21,353 bases of DNA from assembly GCA_965662845.1 (NCBI GenBank), contig CBFIJD010000045.1, positions 1-21,353 on the forward strand. Reading direction: 5' to 3'. The position numbers were made by a program, and so were the translations under genes. Numbering within the stretch: position 1 is the stretch's first letter; each line of letters opens with the position of its first letter. Source of the stretch: an uncultured bacterium (GTDB taxonomy: Bacteria; SAR324; NAC60-12). The notes under the pieces are model-generated. The model worked only from the letters and a program-made list of their open reading frames with translations. It searched no databases and was not told the DNA's origin. Positions 1-8,776 of this stretch are shown piece after piece.

Positions 1-907
1 CAGCGCCATCTCCGAGAGCTTCCAAAACCACCAACCCTTAGACGTGCAAAACCGAGCCGTCACCCCCACCGGAGACGCACGGGTGATGCGGATCAAGACC
101 GCCCCTCTGACAACGGGCGCCCAATCCATTATTGGAGTGTTGCAAGATGTCACCGAGCTGGTTCAACTGGAGGCCAAGCGCCGAGAAGCCGAAGACATGG
201 TGCTCCAGTCGGCCAAGCTCGCCTCTGTCGGCGAAACGGCCGCCAACATTGCGCATGAACTCCGCTCGCCGCTCGCTGCCGTTCGCATGAAAGCTGAAAT
301 GCTACAGCATGGCCTGATCAAACCTGATCAGCTCCCCAACCGCATGAAAGAGATTGTGCAAATTGTCGACAAAGCGAACTCCATCCTGCAACACATTCGC
401 GACTTCTCACGGATGGCCGAAAGCGAGAGCGCTCAGCCTTGTTACTTCCGACAGATTCTCAGCGATGTCCTGCTGATCGCAGGCAGCTCTCTCTCCAAGC
501 TCGGCGTCCAAATCCACATGGAAGTCGACCCCAACCTGCCGCCAATCCTTGGGAACCCCATCAAGCTGGAGCAGGTCTTCTTGAATCTCATCAACAACGC
601 CCGCGACGCCATGGAAGAAAGCGAGCCGAAGATTCTCCACATCTCCGGAGAGGTCGCCGAGGGCGTCGTCCAAATCCGCCTGCAAGACTCCGGCAGTGGC
701 ATGACTCCTGAAGTCCGCGACAAACTGTTTCAATCATTCTTCACGACCAAAGCGAAGGGCAAAGGCACAGGTCTCGGCATGTCTTTGGTCAAGCGCATCG
801 TCCATGAACACTACGGCCACATTGATGTAGACTCAGCCCTAGGCGAAGGAACAACCTTTACGCTGTCCTTCCCCGCTCGCAGCTCCGAATCGATCCCCGC
901 CGCCTGA
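1..907 (+). CDS. Sensor histidine kinase, HisKA + HATPase_c (NtrB-like), probably with an upstream PAS domain; 5'-partial
   Basis: The frame is open from base 2 to the stop at 907. H-box AHELRSPL, N-box EQVFLNLINNARDAM, G1 DSGSGM, F/G2 FFTTKAKGKGTGLGM. The preceding 'IIGVLQDVTE' resembles a PAS/PAC end. Confidence 0.93.
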   Translation, partial: SAISESFQNHQPLDVQNRAVTPTGDARVMRIKTAPLTTGAQSIIGVLQDVTELVQLEAKRREAEDMVLQSAKLASVGETAANIAHELRSPLAAVRMKAEMLQHGLIKPDQLPNRMKEIVQIVDKANSILQHIRDFSRMAESESAQPCYFRQILSDVLLIAGSSLSKLGVQIHMEVDPNLPPILGNPIKLEQVFLNLINNARDAMEESEPKILHISGEVAEGVVQIRLQDSGSGMTPEVRDKLFQSFFTTKAKGKGTGLGMSLVKRIVHEHYGHIDVDSALGEGTTFTLSFPARSSESIPAA

Positions 908-926
908 ACCTCTGTCACCAAGTCAC

Positions 927-3900
927 ATGTCACCACCAATCGCCATTGTAGGGATGTCCTGCTTGTTCCCCCAAGCTGCCAGTCCCGCCGCTTTTTGGGA
1001 GCTGCTCCGCGCAGGCAAACACGCCATTACCCCCGCAACGGCTCGTCAATTTGGGCTCGACCCTCGACACTTCCTCGCAGAGCACAAAGGGACTCCTCAC
1101 CGCTACTACTGCACTCGCGGTGGATTTGTAGACGACTCCCAGCTCCCGGTCCCCACAGAAGTCCTCTCGCCGGAGGCGTGGCACTCGCTAGACGAATCCG
1201 TCCGTTGGACGCTTTATGTCACGGTTGAGGCGCTGCGCGACGCGGGGTTCTGGAACCGAGGCGAACCGCTCCCGAGGTGCGGCCTGCTGCTGGGGAATTT
1301 GTCTTTTCCCACTCGACGCTCCAATGCGCGGACGCTCCCGCATTACCGTCAAGCCTGGGAACACAAGCTGCGTCAAGAGCTGAGACGTCCCGATTTTGTG
1401 TTGCCCTCCGCTCTGTCGGCGGCCCCCACCACCGCGACACCCACCGCGCTACAAACGGCGAGTGAACCCGTACGGGTGGTGCACGAGCTGCTGCAGCTGC
1501 ACGACTTCAGCTTTGCGCTAGACGCCGCCTGCGCCTCTTCTCTCTACGCCTTAAAACTGGCTTGTCACGCGCTGAACGCTGGCATCGTGGACAGCATGCT
1601 CGCCGGTGCCGTCAGCGCAGCGGACCCGTTCTTCATTCACAGCGGCTTCTCTTTGCTACAAGCCTTCCCCGAAGGGGACGGAGCTTCGCGCCCTCTGGAT
1701 GCGCAGTCCCAAGGCTTATATGCGAGCGAAGGAGCAGGTATGGTCGTGCTCAAACGCCTCGCCGACGCGCAGCGAGAGGGCGACACCATCCACGCCGTTT
1801 TGCGCGGGAGTGGTTGGTCGAATGATGGGCGCGGGCGATTTGTGCTCAGCCCGAACCCTGCGGGTCAGCTGCGCGCTTACGAGCGAGCCTACACCGACGC
1901 GCACATCGCGCCCTCTGAAGTGGAATATCTGGAGTGCCACGCTACGGGCACGCCTCTGGGAGATCGCGTTGAAGCCGCGTCCATGCAGCAGTTCTTTGGG
2001 GAAGCTCTCCCGCGTTTGGGCTCCGTCAAGTCCAACATGGGACACATGCTCACAGCCGCAGGGATGAGTAGCCTGTTCAAAGTGGTGCTGGCGATGCGGC
2101 ATCACGAGATCCCGCCTACGCTTCATGTGAGCCAGCCGCTTGTTCCTGAAGAGAAGCTCATCCGTGAGCCAACGCCTTGGCCCCAGAACCGCGCCGTAAA
2201 AACCGCGACCATCAGCTCGTTCGGGTTTGGCGGAACCAACGCGCACCTGATTGTGCAAAGCGCTCCTCCAAGCGACGCGCCGGTGTCTTCCCGTCCAGAA
2301 GAACCGACCTCTCAACGCTCACCGCAGCAGCTTGTCATCAGCGGCTTTGATGGGCTGTTCGGCAGCTGCGCTGATCGCACTCAAATGCGAGACGCTCTGC
2401 AACAACAAATCTCCCAGCTAAGAGACCTGCCTCAGCACCGCTGGAGGGGCCTCTCAGAGTCCGCTCCGCTCGGCGCCTACTTAGCGTCGTTCACGATCGA
2501 TCTGCGTCGCTTCCGCTTGCCGCCGCATCCCCAAGAACAGCTCATTCCCCAGCAGCTGCTAGCCCTGCACGTTGCGGAAAACGCGATCTGGGACGCGGCG
2601 GTGCCGGATGGCTCCCACACCGCGGTGTTGGTGGCGCTGGAGACAGAGCCCGAGCTGCACCAATTTCGAGGCCGGCTCCACCTTGAACAACAGCTCAAAG
2701 AAGCCCTCGCCACGCAGCTCCCCGAGTGGTCGGCGCTCGCCACCCAAGAGGTCGTTCAAGCCGCCTATGACGCCTGGTCGCAGCCGGAGTCGGTGAACAG
2801 CTTCACCAGCACAATCGGGAACTTGATCGCCTCGCGCATCGCCTCGCTTCATGATTTTCACGGGCCCGCGTTTACGATCTCAGCCGGAGCAAAATCAGTA
2901 GCTCAATGTCTGGCAACCGCCGACTTGCTGCTGCGTCGAGAACCCTTAGACGCCGTGGTTGTGGTCGCTGTGGACTTGAACGCCAGCTGCGAAGCGCACC
3001 TCAACTCTCCGGGGACTCTCCGAGGCGAAGGCGCCGGCGCGTTGGTGCTGCAACCCGAGGCCAACGCGCAGGCCAAGGCTTACCTCGGCTTGAACGAACT
3101 CCGAATACACGAGGAGAGCGCCGCGCTCTTTGGCGACTGTGGCGCGGCGCAAGGGATGCTCTCTCGCCTCGCAGGCTTGCTGTTAGACGAACGGCTGCGT
3201 CGCCCTGTCGAGGCTCTGCCCAGCACCACCTCGGAGAGACCGCTCTGGAAGGTCGTCACGCTAGGCGGAGCCGCGATCCAAGACAGCCGGCTGCTCCCCG
3301 CTCACTCCGACAGCGGCCCCTCGCTTTCTTCTCCGTCGTTGCCCTTCTCTCTGTTTCCTGATGGCGCCTTGCATCGCGCTCACTCCGCTTTTTTGAGCTA
3401 CCGGCAGCAGGGACTCCGCTCCATTGCGCAAACATTGACGCCTCCTTCCGCGCCGCTTGAAGTCACGACTCCGCTGCGGTCCGTGCCTGCGATTGCCGAC
3501 CAAACTCCCAGCCCCGCCCAGCTCACGCTAGGGAGGACCGACAAAAGCGCCAACGCTCTCCCCGACTCCCTCAGCGGAACCAAGAAGCGCGATGCCTCAG
3601 GCAAAGAGGTCGTGTTCGACTACGATGATTTGTTGGAGTTTGCAGGAGGGAAAATCGCCAATGTGTTTGGGAGAGATTTCGCGGTCGTTGACTCTTATGA
3701 GCGGGTGGTGCGTCTGCCCCTAGACCCCTATCTGCTCGTCCACCGAGTCACGGAGCTAGACGCCACTCCCCGTGAAATGAAACCAGCCCGCATCGTCACA
3801 GAATACGACATCCCCACCAACGCTTGGCACACCACCGATGGGCAAATCCCTGTGGCCGTCGCCATTGAATCAGGGCAGTGCGACCTTCTGCTCATTAGCT

Positions 3901-5858
3901 ATCTGGGCATTGACTTTGAAAATCGGGGCGAACGAGTCTACCGGTTGCTCGATTGCACAATGACCTTCTTGCAGAACATGCCGCGTGAAGGCGACACGCT
4001 GCGCTACGAGATTCACATCGACTCCTTTGCGCGACACGGAGACAGCCTCCTCTTCTTCTTTCACTATGAGTGCTTCGTCGGTGAGCAAATGGTGCTGCGC
4101 ATGGACGGCGGCTGCGCCGGTTTTTTCACCCGCGCCGAGCTTGACGGCGGCAAAGGGGTCATTCGCACCGAAAAGGAGCTCGCCGAACGCCGCAACCTCA
4201 CCCCAACCAGCTTCTCCCCTCTGCTGAAGTGCACCAAAACGCAATTCACACGCAGTGATTTACTCGCCCTTGTGCAGGGAGATCATGAAGCCTGCTTTGG
4301 TCTCTCTCACCGGCAAAACGCCAAGAACCCCTCGCTCAAGCTGGCCACCGAACAGCTGTTGATGAGCGACCGCATCACCCACGTTGATCCACAAGGAGGA
4401 GACTGGGGCCTAGGATTCGTCATCTCTGAGAAAGACATGGCGCCCGAGCACTGGTACTTCCCCTGCCATTTCAAAAACGACCCTGTCCTCGCAGGTTCCT
4501 TGATGGCCGAAGGGGGAGCCCAGCTGCTACAGTTTTTTATGCTCTACTTGGGATTACAAACACAAACTCGCGACGCGCGCTTTCAACCTGTCTTGGGCTT
4601 GCCCCAAGTCGTACGCTGCCGAGGGCAGGTCACCCCAGCCGACACACGGATGCAGTTTCGGCTGGAAGTGAAAGAGGTCGGCCTCACTCCTGAGCCCTAC
4701 ATGATTGGAAACATCGACGTGATCGTGGATGACCGCATCGTGGTCGATTTTCGGGACGTGGGCATGCGTTTAGTGGAAAAGCACGAGAATTCAAAAATCG
4801 CTTTCGATGAGGGGGCTATACACGAATTCGCGATTGGTGATGTCTCTAAATGTTTTGGTCCCGCCTACGAGCCTTGGCGAGAGCGGATGGTTCAACGGAA
4901 CCCCAACGGCGCCCTACAGCTGTTGACCCGCGTGCGTGAAGTTCAAGGCCAGCGCTACGATTTTACCAAGCCCGCCTCTCTCATCGCAGAGTACGACGTG
5001 CCGGCGACTGCTTGGTTTCTGCATCCAAACGCAACCTCACCCATGCCTTACAGCGTGCTGATGGAGATCGCGCTGCAACCTTGTGGTTTTCTTGGCGCGT
5101 GGATGGGGTCGTATCACCAGCTCCCAGAGCATGATCTGCATTTTCGGAACTTAGACGGCAACGCGCGGGTCTTGGCTTGTCCTCAAGTCGCCGGGAAGAC
5201 GATTGAGACGCATGTCACGCTGGAAAAGATGACGCTCTCTGGTTCCACTCTGATTGAGCGCTTCCGCTTTGCGCTTTGGTGTGAAGGGCTGAAGTTTTAT
5301 GAAGGCATAACGGTCTTTGGCTATTTCACGGCAGACGCGCTCGCCCAGCAGAACCGCGCGCCCACCCAAGCCGCGCCGCTTGTCTTGCCCGACCCTACGT
5401 TGATCACCAACTTGCCCACAGGGCAGCTAGGGTTGCTCAACCAAGTGGAAGTCCAAGCCCCCTCCGAACAGCTCCCGCTTGGCGCCGTGATCGGCCGTCA
5501 ATCGATCAGCCCAGACCAGTGGTACTTTCCGCTGCACTTTCATCAGGATCCCGTCATGCCCGGCTCTTTGGGCGTGGAAGCCGCGCTGCAGGCCATGAAG
5601 ACCTATGCCGAAGCGCAACAGTTGACGTCACGCTTCACCCAGCCTCAGTTTGTCTGGGCACAGGACGAGGCTCTGATTTGGCAATATCGTGGGCAGATTT
5701 TGCCAGACACCCGCGAGATGCACGTGCAAGTCGTCTTTGAAGAGATACGGGAAGAAGAGAGCCGGTCGGTGCTCGTGGGCTCCGGCTCGCTTTGGAAAGA
5801 TGGCAAGCCGATCTACACGCTAGAGCGGCTGGTGCTGGCTCTCGCCGCAACGGCGTAA
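927..5858 (+). CDS. pfaC: PfaC-like polyunsaturated/long-chain fatty acid synthase subunit (KS, chain-length-factor-like KS, FabA-type dehydratase domains)
   Basis: 1643 aa. KS triad DAACASS / ECHATGT / KSNMGH and SFGFGGTNAH. The second, degenerate KS (PQQLLAL, FTSTIGNLIASRIA) lacks the catalytic Cys. FabA-like motifs WYFPCHFKNDPVLAGSL and WYFPLHFHQDPVMPGSL, plus pseudo-DH segments (VAIESGQCDLLLISYLGIDF, MPYSVLMEIALQPCGF) typical of PfaC. Confidence 0.88.
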   Translation: MSPPIAIVGMSCLFPQAASPAAFWELLRAGKHAITPATARQFGLDPRHFLAEHKGTPHRYYCTRGGFVDDSQLPVPTEVLSPEAWHSLDESVRWTLYVTVEALRDAGFWNRGEPLPRCGLLLGNLSFPTRRSNARTLPHYRQAWEHKLRQELRRPDFVLPSALSAAPTTATPTALQTASEPVRVVHELLQLHDFSFALDAACASSLYALKLACHALNAGIVDSMLAGAVSAADPFFIHSGFSLLQAFPEGDGASRPLDAQSQGLYASEGAGMVVLKRLADAQREGDTIHAVLRGSGWSNDGRGRFVLSPNPAGQLRAYERAYTDAHIAPSEVEYLECHATGTPLGDRVEAASMQQFFGEALPRLGSVKSNMGHMLTAAGMSSLFKVVLAMRHHEIPPTLHVSQPLVPEEKLIREPTPWPQNRAVKTATISSFGFGGTNAHLIVQSAPPSDAPVSSRPEEPTSQRSPQQLVISGFDGLFGSCADRTQMRDALQQQISQLRDLPQHRWRGLSESAPLGAYLASFTIDLRRFRLPPHPQEQLIPQQLLALHVAENAIWDAAVPDGSHTAVLVALETEPELHQFRGRLHLEQQLKEALATQLPEWSALATQEVVQAAYDAWSQPESVNSFTSTIGNLIASRIASLHDFHGPAFTISAGAKSVAQCLATADLLLRREPLDAVVVVAVDLNASCEAHLNSPGTLRGEGAGALVLQPEANAQAKAYLGLNELRIHEESAALFGDCGAAQGMLSRLAGLLLDERLRRPVEALPSTTSERPLWKVVTLGGAAIQDSRLLPAHSDSGPSLSSPSLPFSLFPDGALHRAHSAFLSYRQQGLRSIAQTLTPPSAPLEVTTPLRSVPAIADQTPSPAQLTLGRTDKSANALPDSLSGTKKRDASGKEVVFDYDDLLEFAGGKIANVFGRDFAVVDSYERVVRLPLDPYLLVHRVTELDATPREMKPARIVTEYDIPTNAWHTTDGQIPVAVAIESGQCDLLLISYLGIDFENRGERVYRLLDCTMTFLQNMPREGDTLRYEIHIDSFARHGDSLLFFFHYECFVGEQMVLRMDGGCAGFFTRAELDGGKGVIRTEKELAERRNLTPTSFSPLLKCTKTQFTRSDLLALVQGDHEACFGLSHRQNAKNPSLKLATEQLLMSDRITHVDPQGGDWGLGFVISEKDMAPEHWYFPCHFKNDPVLAGSLMAEGGAQLLQFFMLYLGLQTQTRDARFQPVLGLPQVVRCRGQVTPADTRMQFRLEVKEVGLTPEPYMIGNIDVIVDDRIVVDFRDVGMRLVEKHENSKIAFDEGAIHEFAIGDVSKCFGPAYEPWRERMVQRNPNGALQLLTRVREVQGQRYDFTKPASLIAEYDVPATAWFLHPNATSPMPYSVLMEIALQPCGFLGAWMGSYHQLPEHDLHFRNLDGNARVLACPQVAGKTIETHVTLEKMTLSGSTLIERFRFALWCEGLKFYEGITVFGYFTADALAQQNRAPTQAAPLVLPDPTLITNLPTGQLGLLNQVEVQAPSEQLPLGAVIGRQSISPDQWYFPLHFHQDPVMPGSLGVEAALQAMKTYAEAQQLTSRFTQPQFVWAQDEALIWQYRGQILPDTREMHVQVVFEEIREEESRSVLVGSGSLWKDGKPIYTLERLVLALAATA

Positions 5859-5953
5859 ACAGTGACCGCAGTGATCCGCAAACACAGCGATTTTCTCTCC
5901 AATTGAGTCCCGAAACGATTGCGGCGTAAGAGGGGCTGTTCACCGAGGTGTTT

Positions 5954-6817
5954 ATGTCTGAAAACGTCCCTGCTTTAGTGGAGACCGCGTGGCTCGCGGA
6001 GCACATCCATGACACAGACCTGCGCGTTCTGGACGCGAGTTGGTATCTACCGACGGCGCACCGTGATCCCAAGGCGGAGTTCTTAGATCGCCATCTCCCC
6101 AAAGCTCATTTTTTTGACATTGACGTCATCGCCGACACGTTTGTGGAGCTTCCCCACATGCTCCCGACGAGCAGCGAGTTTGAGGCCGCGGTCGGAGCGA
6201 TGGGCGTCACCAACAACACGCACGTCGTGGTCTATGACGGCGCAGGCGTCTTCTCCGCGCCAAGGGTGTGGTGGATGTTCCGCGTGTTTGGACATGACAA
6301 GGTCTCTGTGCTGAACGGAGGGCTGCCCAAGTGGGAAGCGGAGGGGCGCGCTCTGGAGTCTGGCCCCGCAACCAGCTTGTTCGGGACTTTTGCGGCGACC
6401 CTGCGTCCACAAATGGTCTTCTCTGTGGACGACATGCGCGAGGTCGTAGAGAAGCAAGCCGCTCAAATGCTGGACGCCCGCTCTGCTGGGCGTTTCAACG
6501 GCACTGAACCCGAACCACGCGAGGGGTTGCGGAGGGGGCACATCCCTGGGGCCATCAACTTGCCCTTTGGCGCGCTCCTAGACGACGCAGCGCAGTGCTT
6601 GCTGCCCGAAGACCAGCTGCGAACACAGTTTGCGGCGGTCGGTCTTCAAGACCAGAAGCCTGTGATTTGTTCCTGTGGGTCGGGCATTACGGCGTGCGTC
6701 TTAGCGTTGGGCTTGCACCAAATCGGTCGCAATGACGTGGCGGTGTATGACGGTTCGTGGACAGAGTGGGGGGGACTCAGCGATACGGAAGTGGAGGTCA
6801 GCTTGCTGGCACAGTAG
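5954..6817 (+). CDS. sseA: 3-mercaptopyruvate sulfurtransferase (tandem rhodanese)
   Basis: VLDASWYLP, LPHMLP, SAPRVWWMF, active-site loop CGSGITAC, C-terminal YDGSWTEW. ATG at 5954 follows GAGG at 5945-5948. Confidence 0.95.
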   Translation: MSENVPALVETAWLAEHIHDTDLRVLDASWYLPTAHRDPKAEFLDRHLPKAHFFDIDVIADTFVELPHMLPTSSEFEAAVGAMGVTNNTHVVVYDGAGVFSAPRVWWMFRVFGHDKVSVLNGGLPKWEAEGRALESGPATSLFGTFAATLRPQMVFSVDDMREVVEKQAAQMLDARSAGRFNGTEPEPREGLRRGHIPGAINLPFGALLDDAAQCLLPEDQLRTQFAAVGLQDQKPVICSCGSGITACVLALGLHQIGRNDVAVYDGSWTEWGGLSDTEVEVSLLAQ

Positions 6818-6851
6818 CAACGGCCCACAAGGGGCCATTGGTTATGAAGAA

Positions 6852-8141
6852 TTACGCGAACATGTCCATCGTGATGCTGTCGTACCAGCCTTGCGCATAG
6901 ACAGCCTCTTGCGCGCGAGCGGCCGCGTCGGCGTTCTTCGGGCTGACGCCACCGGCGCCCTCCACACCCGAAATGTTCCCATCTTGCAACCGATAGACGG
7001 CAGCGACTGAGATGCTGTATTGCGGCGTCACGAGGCTATAGCAGGTGTTCGCAAAAGAAGGCGCGACCGGCTCTTCGCCGCGGAAGGTAGACACCAGCGC
7101 AGCCGCCAACACTTTGCCTTGGCTATTTGCCGAGAAGCCCGACTTTGGCATCGCGCCCGCCAGCGCAGAGTCCCCAATCACGTGGATCCCAGGCTTCAGC
7201 TTCGACTCAAACGTGACTTGGTCCACAGGGCACCAGCCACTTTGGTCGGCGAGGCCAGAATCACGCGCAATCTTTCCAGCCCACTGCGCAGGGATGTAGT
7301 TGATCACGTCGGCTTCTTCCCAGCCAAATTCGGTGTTCACGCGCATGCCCTGCGCGTCAATCTCGGTCACTTTCCCACCTGCCATCGCTGAGCGCCACTC
7401 GATCATTTCGCCATAATGCAGGTTCCAGCCATCGGTGAAGAGGGGCTGCTTGGAGAACTTTTCCTTTTGATCCTGCAGAATGATTTTGGATTTGGGCTTA
7501 TTGTTCTGGAGGTAGTGAGCGATCATGCTCGCGCGCTCGTACGGTCCAGGCGGACAACGGTAGGGGTTACCGGGACAGACAATCATCACCGTACCGCCGT
7601 CTGGCATGGCCTCGAGCTGTTTGCGCAATTGGACCGTCTGTGGCCCCGCCTTCCACGCGTGTGGCATGCGCTGCTCAACCTCAGGGCTGTGCCCAGGCAT
7701 TTTGTCATAACGCATGTCCGTTCCAGGAGAGACGACGGCTCGGTCGTAAGGGAGCTTGGTGCCGTCTTGCAGCGTGACGAAGCCATTTTCGACCTTGGAA
7801 GCGTAAGCCTTCACCACCTTGATGCCGTACTCGCTCTGCAAGCGGTCATACTTGTGCGCGATGTCCGCCATTTGCTTTTCCCCTCCGATCACTAAGTTGC
7901 TGAACGGACAGGTGTAGTACGTCTCATTGGGTTCCACCAAGGTGACTTCTATTTTCGGGTCTAGCATCTTGAGATATTTTGCCGTCGTCGCGCCGCCGAA
8001 GCCGCCTCCAACAACAACGACTTTGGGGCTTGCGCCGCTGTTCACATTCGCGCTCGATCCGGTCCCTGTACAAGCCGCGGCGAGACTAGCGCCTCCCAAC
8101 GCCACGAGGCGTCCAAATTGCCTTCTGGAAAGATTTTGCAT
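6852..8141 (-). CDS. fccB: Flavocytochrome c sulfide dehydrogenase, flavoprotein subunit (FccB/SoxF)
   Basis: Tat signal SRRQF, FAD-binding VVVVGGGFGG, YTCPFSN (flavin-attachment Cys position), YRCPPGPYERAS and NTCYS (redox Cys pair), MPKSGFSANSQG. RBS AGGAGG at 8145-8150. Confidence 0.94.
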   Translation of the reverse strand: MQNLSRRQFGRLVALGGASLAAACTGTGSSANVNSGASPKVVVVGGGFGGATTAKYLKMLDPKIEVTLVEPNETYYTCPFSNLVIGGEKQMADIAHKYDRLQSEYGIKVVKAYASKVENGFVTLQDGTKLPYDRAVVSPGTDMRYDKMPGHSPEVEQRMPHAWKAGPQTVQLRKQLEAMPDGGTVMIVCPGNPYRCPPGPYERASMIAHYLQNNKPKSKIILQDQKEKFSKQPLFTDGWNLHYGEMIEWRSAMAGGKVTEIDAQGMRVNTEFGWEEADVINYIPAQWAGKIARDSGLADQSGWCPVDQVTFESKLKPGIHVIGDSALAGAMPKSGFSANSQGKVLAAALVSTFRGEEPVAPSFANTCYSLVTPQYSISVAAVYRLQDGNISGVEGAGGVSPKNADAAARAQEAVYAQGWYDSITMDMFA

Positions 8142-8149
8142 GAGCCTCC

Positions 8150-8461
8150 TTATTTGTTAACGTTGCCGAGGTAGTCCGCCAAGAGCTTGATCTCATCGTC
8201 GCTGTAGCCTTTAGCGATCCGATTCATCACGGTGGCGTAACGCTTCCCATCCCGAAATTCTTTCATCGCCTGCTCTAGGTAAGCCGAGGACTTGCCATGG
8301 ATCATTGGCACCGCGCCAGGGCTCTTTCCATCGGTTCCGTGACAAGAAGCGCAAGACATCGACAGCACCATCCCCCGGTCTACGGCTTGGGCGGTCAAGG
8401 GCGAAATTCCTGCGATCAAGAGCGCGGCGCCCAGCCACGCTCCTAGCTTTGGTCTCTGCAT
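8150..8461 (-). CDS. fccA: Flavocytochrome c sulfide dehydrogenase, monoheme cytochrome c subunit
   Basis: ATG at 8461 preceded by GGAGG. Sec signal ending AQA, single CASCH heme motif, distal Met in TVMNRIAKGYSDDEI. Lies directly upstream of fccB. Confidence 0.92.
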   Translation of the reverse strand: MQRPKLGAWLGAALLIAGISPLTAQAVDRGMVLSMSCASCHGTDGKSPGAVPMIHGKSSAYLEQAMKEFRDGKRYATVMNRIAKGYSDDEIKLLADYLGNVNK

Positions 8462-8573
8462 GTTTCCTCCATTTCGAATCAGTTGTTGCATGCTACGCGA
8501 CGTATCGATCCGCTCTCCATCCAGCATGTAGGATCGATGGCTTGTTCAGAATTGAACTGCGTAATTCTGCGTA

Positions 8574-8637
8574 TTGACATATATCAAGCTCTTGATGTCA
8601 AGAGTTTTATGTTCGTCATAATTTTTTGAATATTCAA
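8574..8637. promoter_or_regulatory. Cluster of dyad-symmetric sites in the divergent fccA / beta-propeller intergenic region, including an FNR/CRP-family-like box
   Basis: TTGAC-ATAT-ATCAA (8574-8587), ATCAAG-CT-CTTGAT (8583-8596), CTCTTGA-TG-TCAAGAG (8589-8604) and the perfect palindrome TTGAATATTCAA (8626-8637), in an AT-rich context. TTGACA occurs on both strands. Confidence 0.6.
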
Positions 8638-8776
8638 TAAACTTAATTCCTCGTTCTTCAAGCCCAGCCTCGTGTGGATCCATCGGAGGAATTGAGATTC
8701 ATGCGGGGGTTTGATACCTTCCCCCCGAATTGTGAATTTTCACCTGCTTAACAGTTTTTTTAGCCTCCTCTTCTCT

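Noticed and set aside
1716..2315. 199-aa minus-strand ORF and many other short ORFs nested in pfaC, sseA, fccB, the kinases and parC
   Set aside because: Typical shadow ORFs of GC-rich coding DNA, with no domain signatures or RBS.
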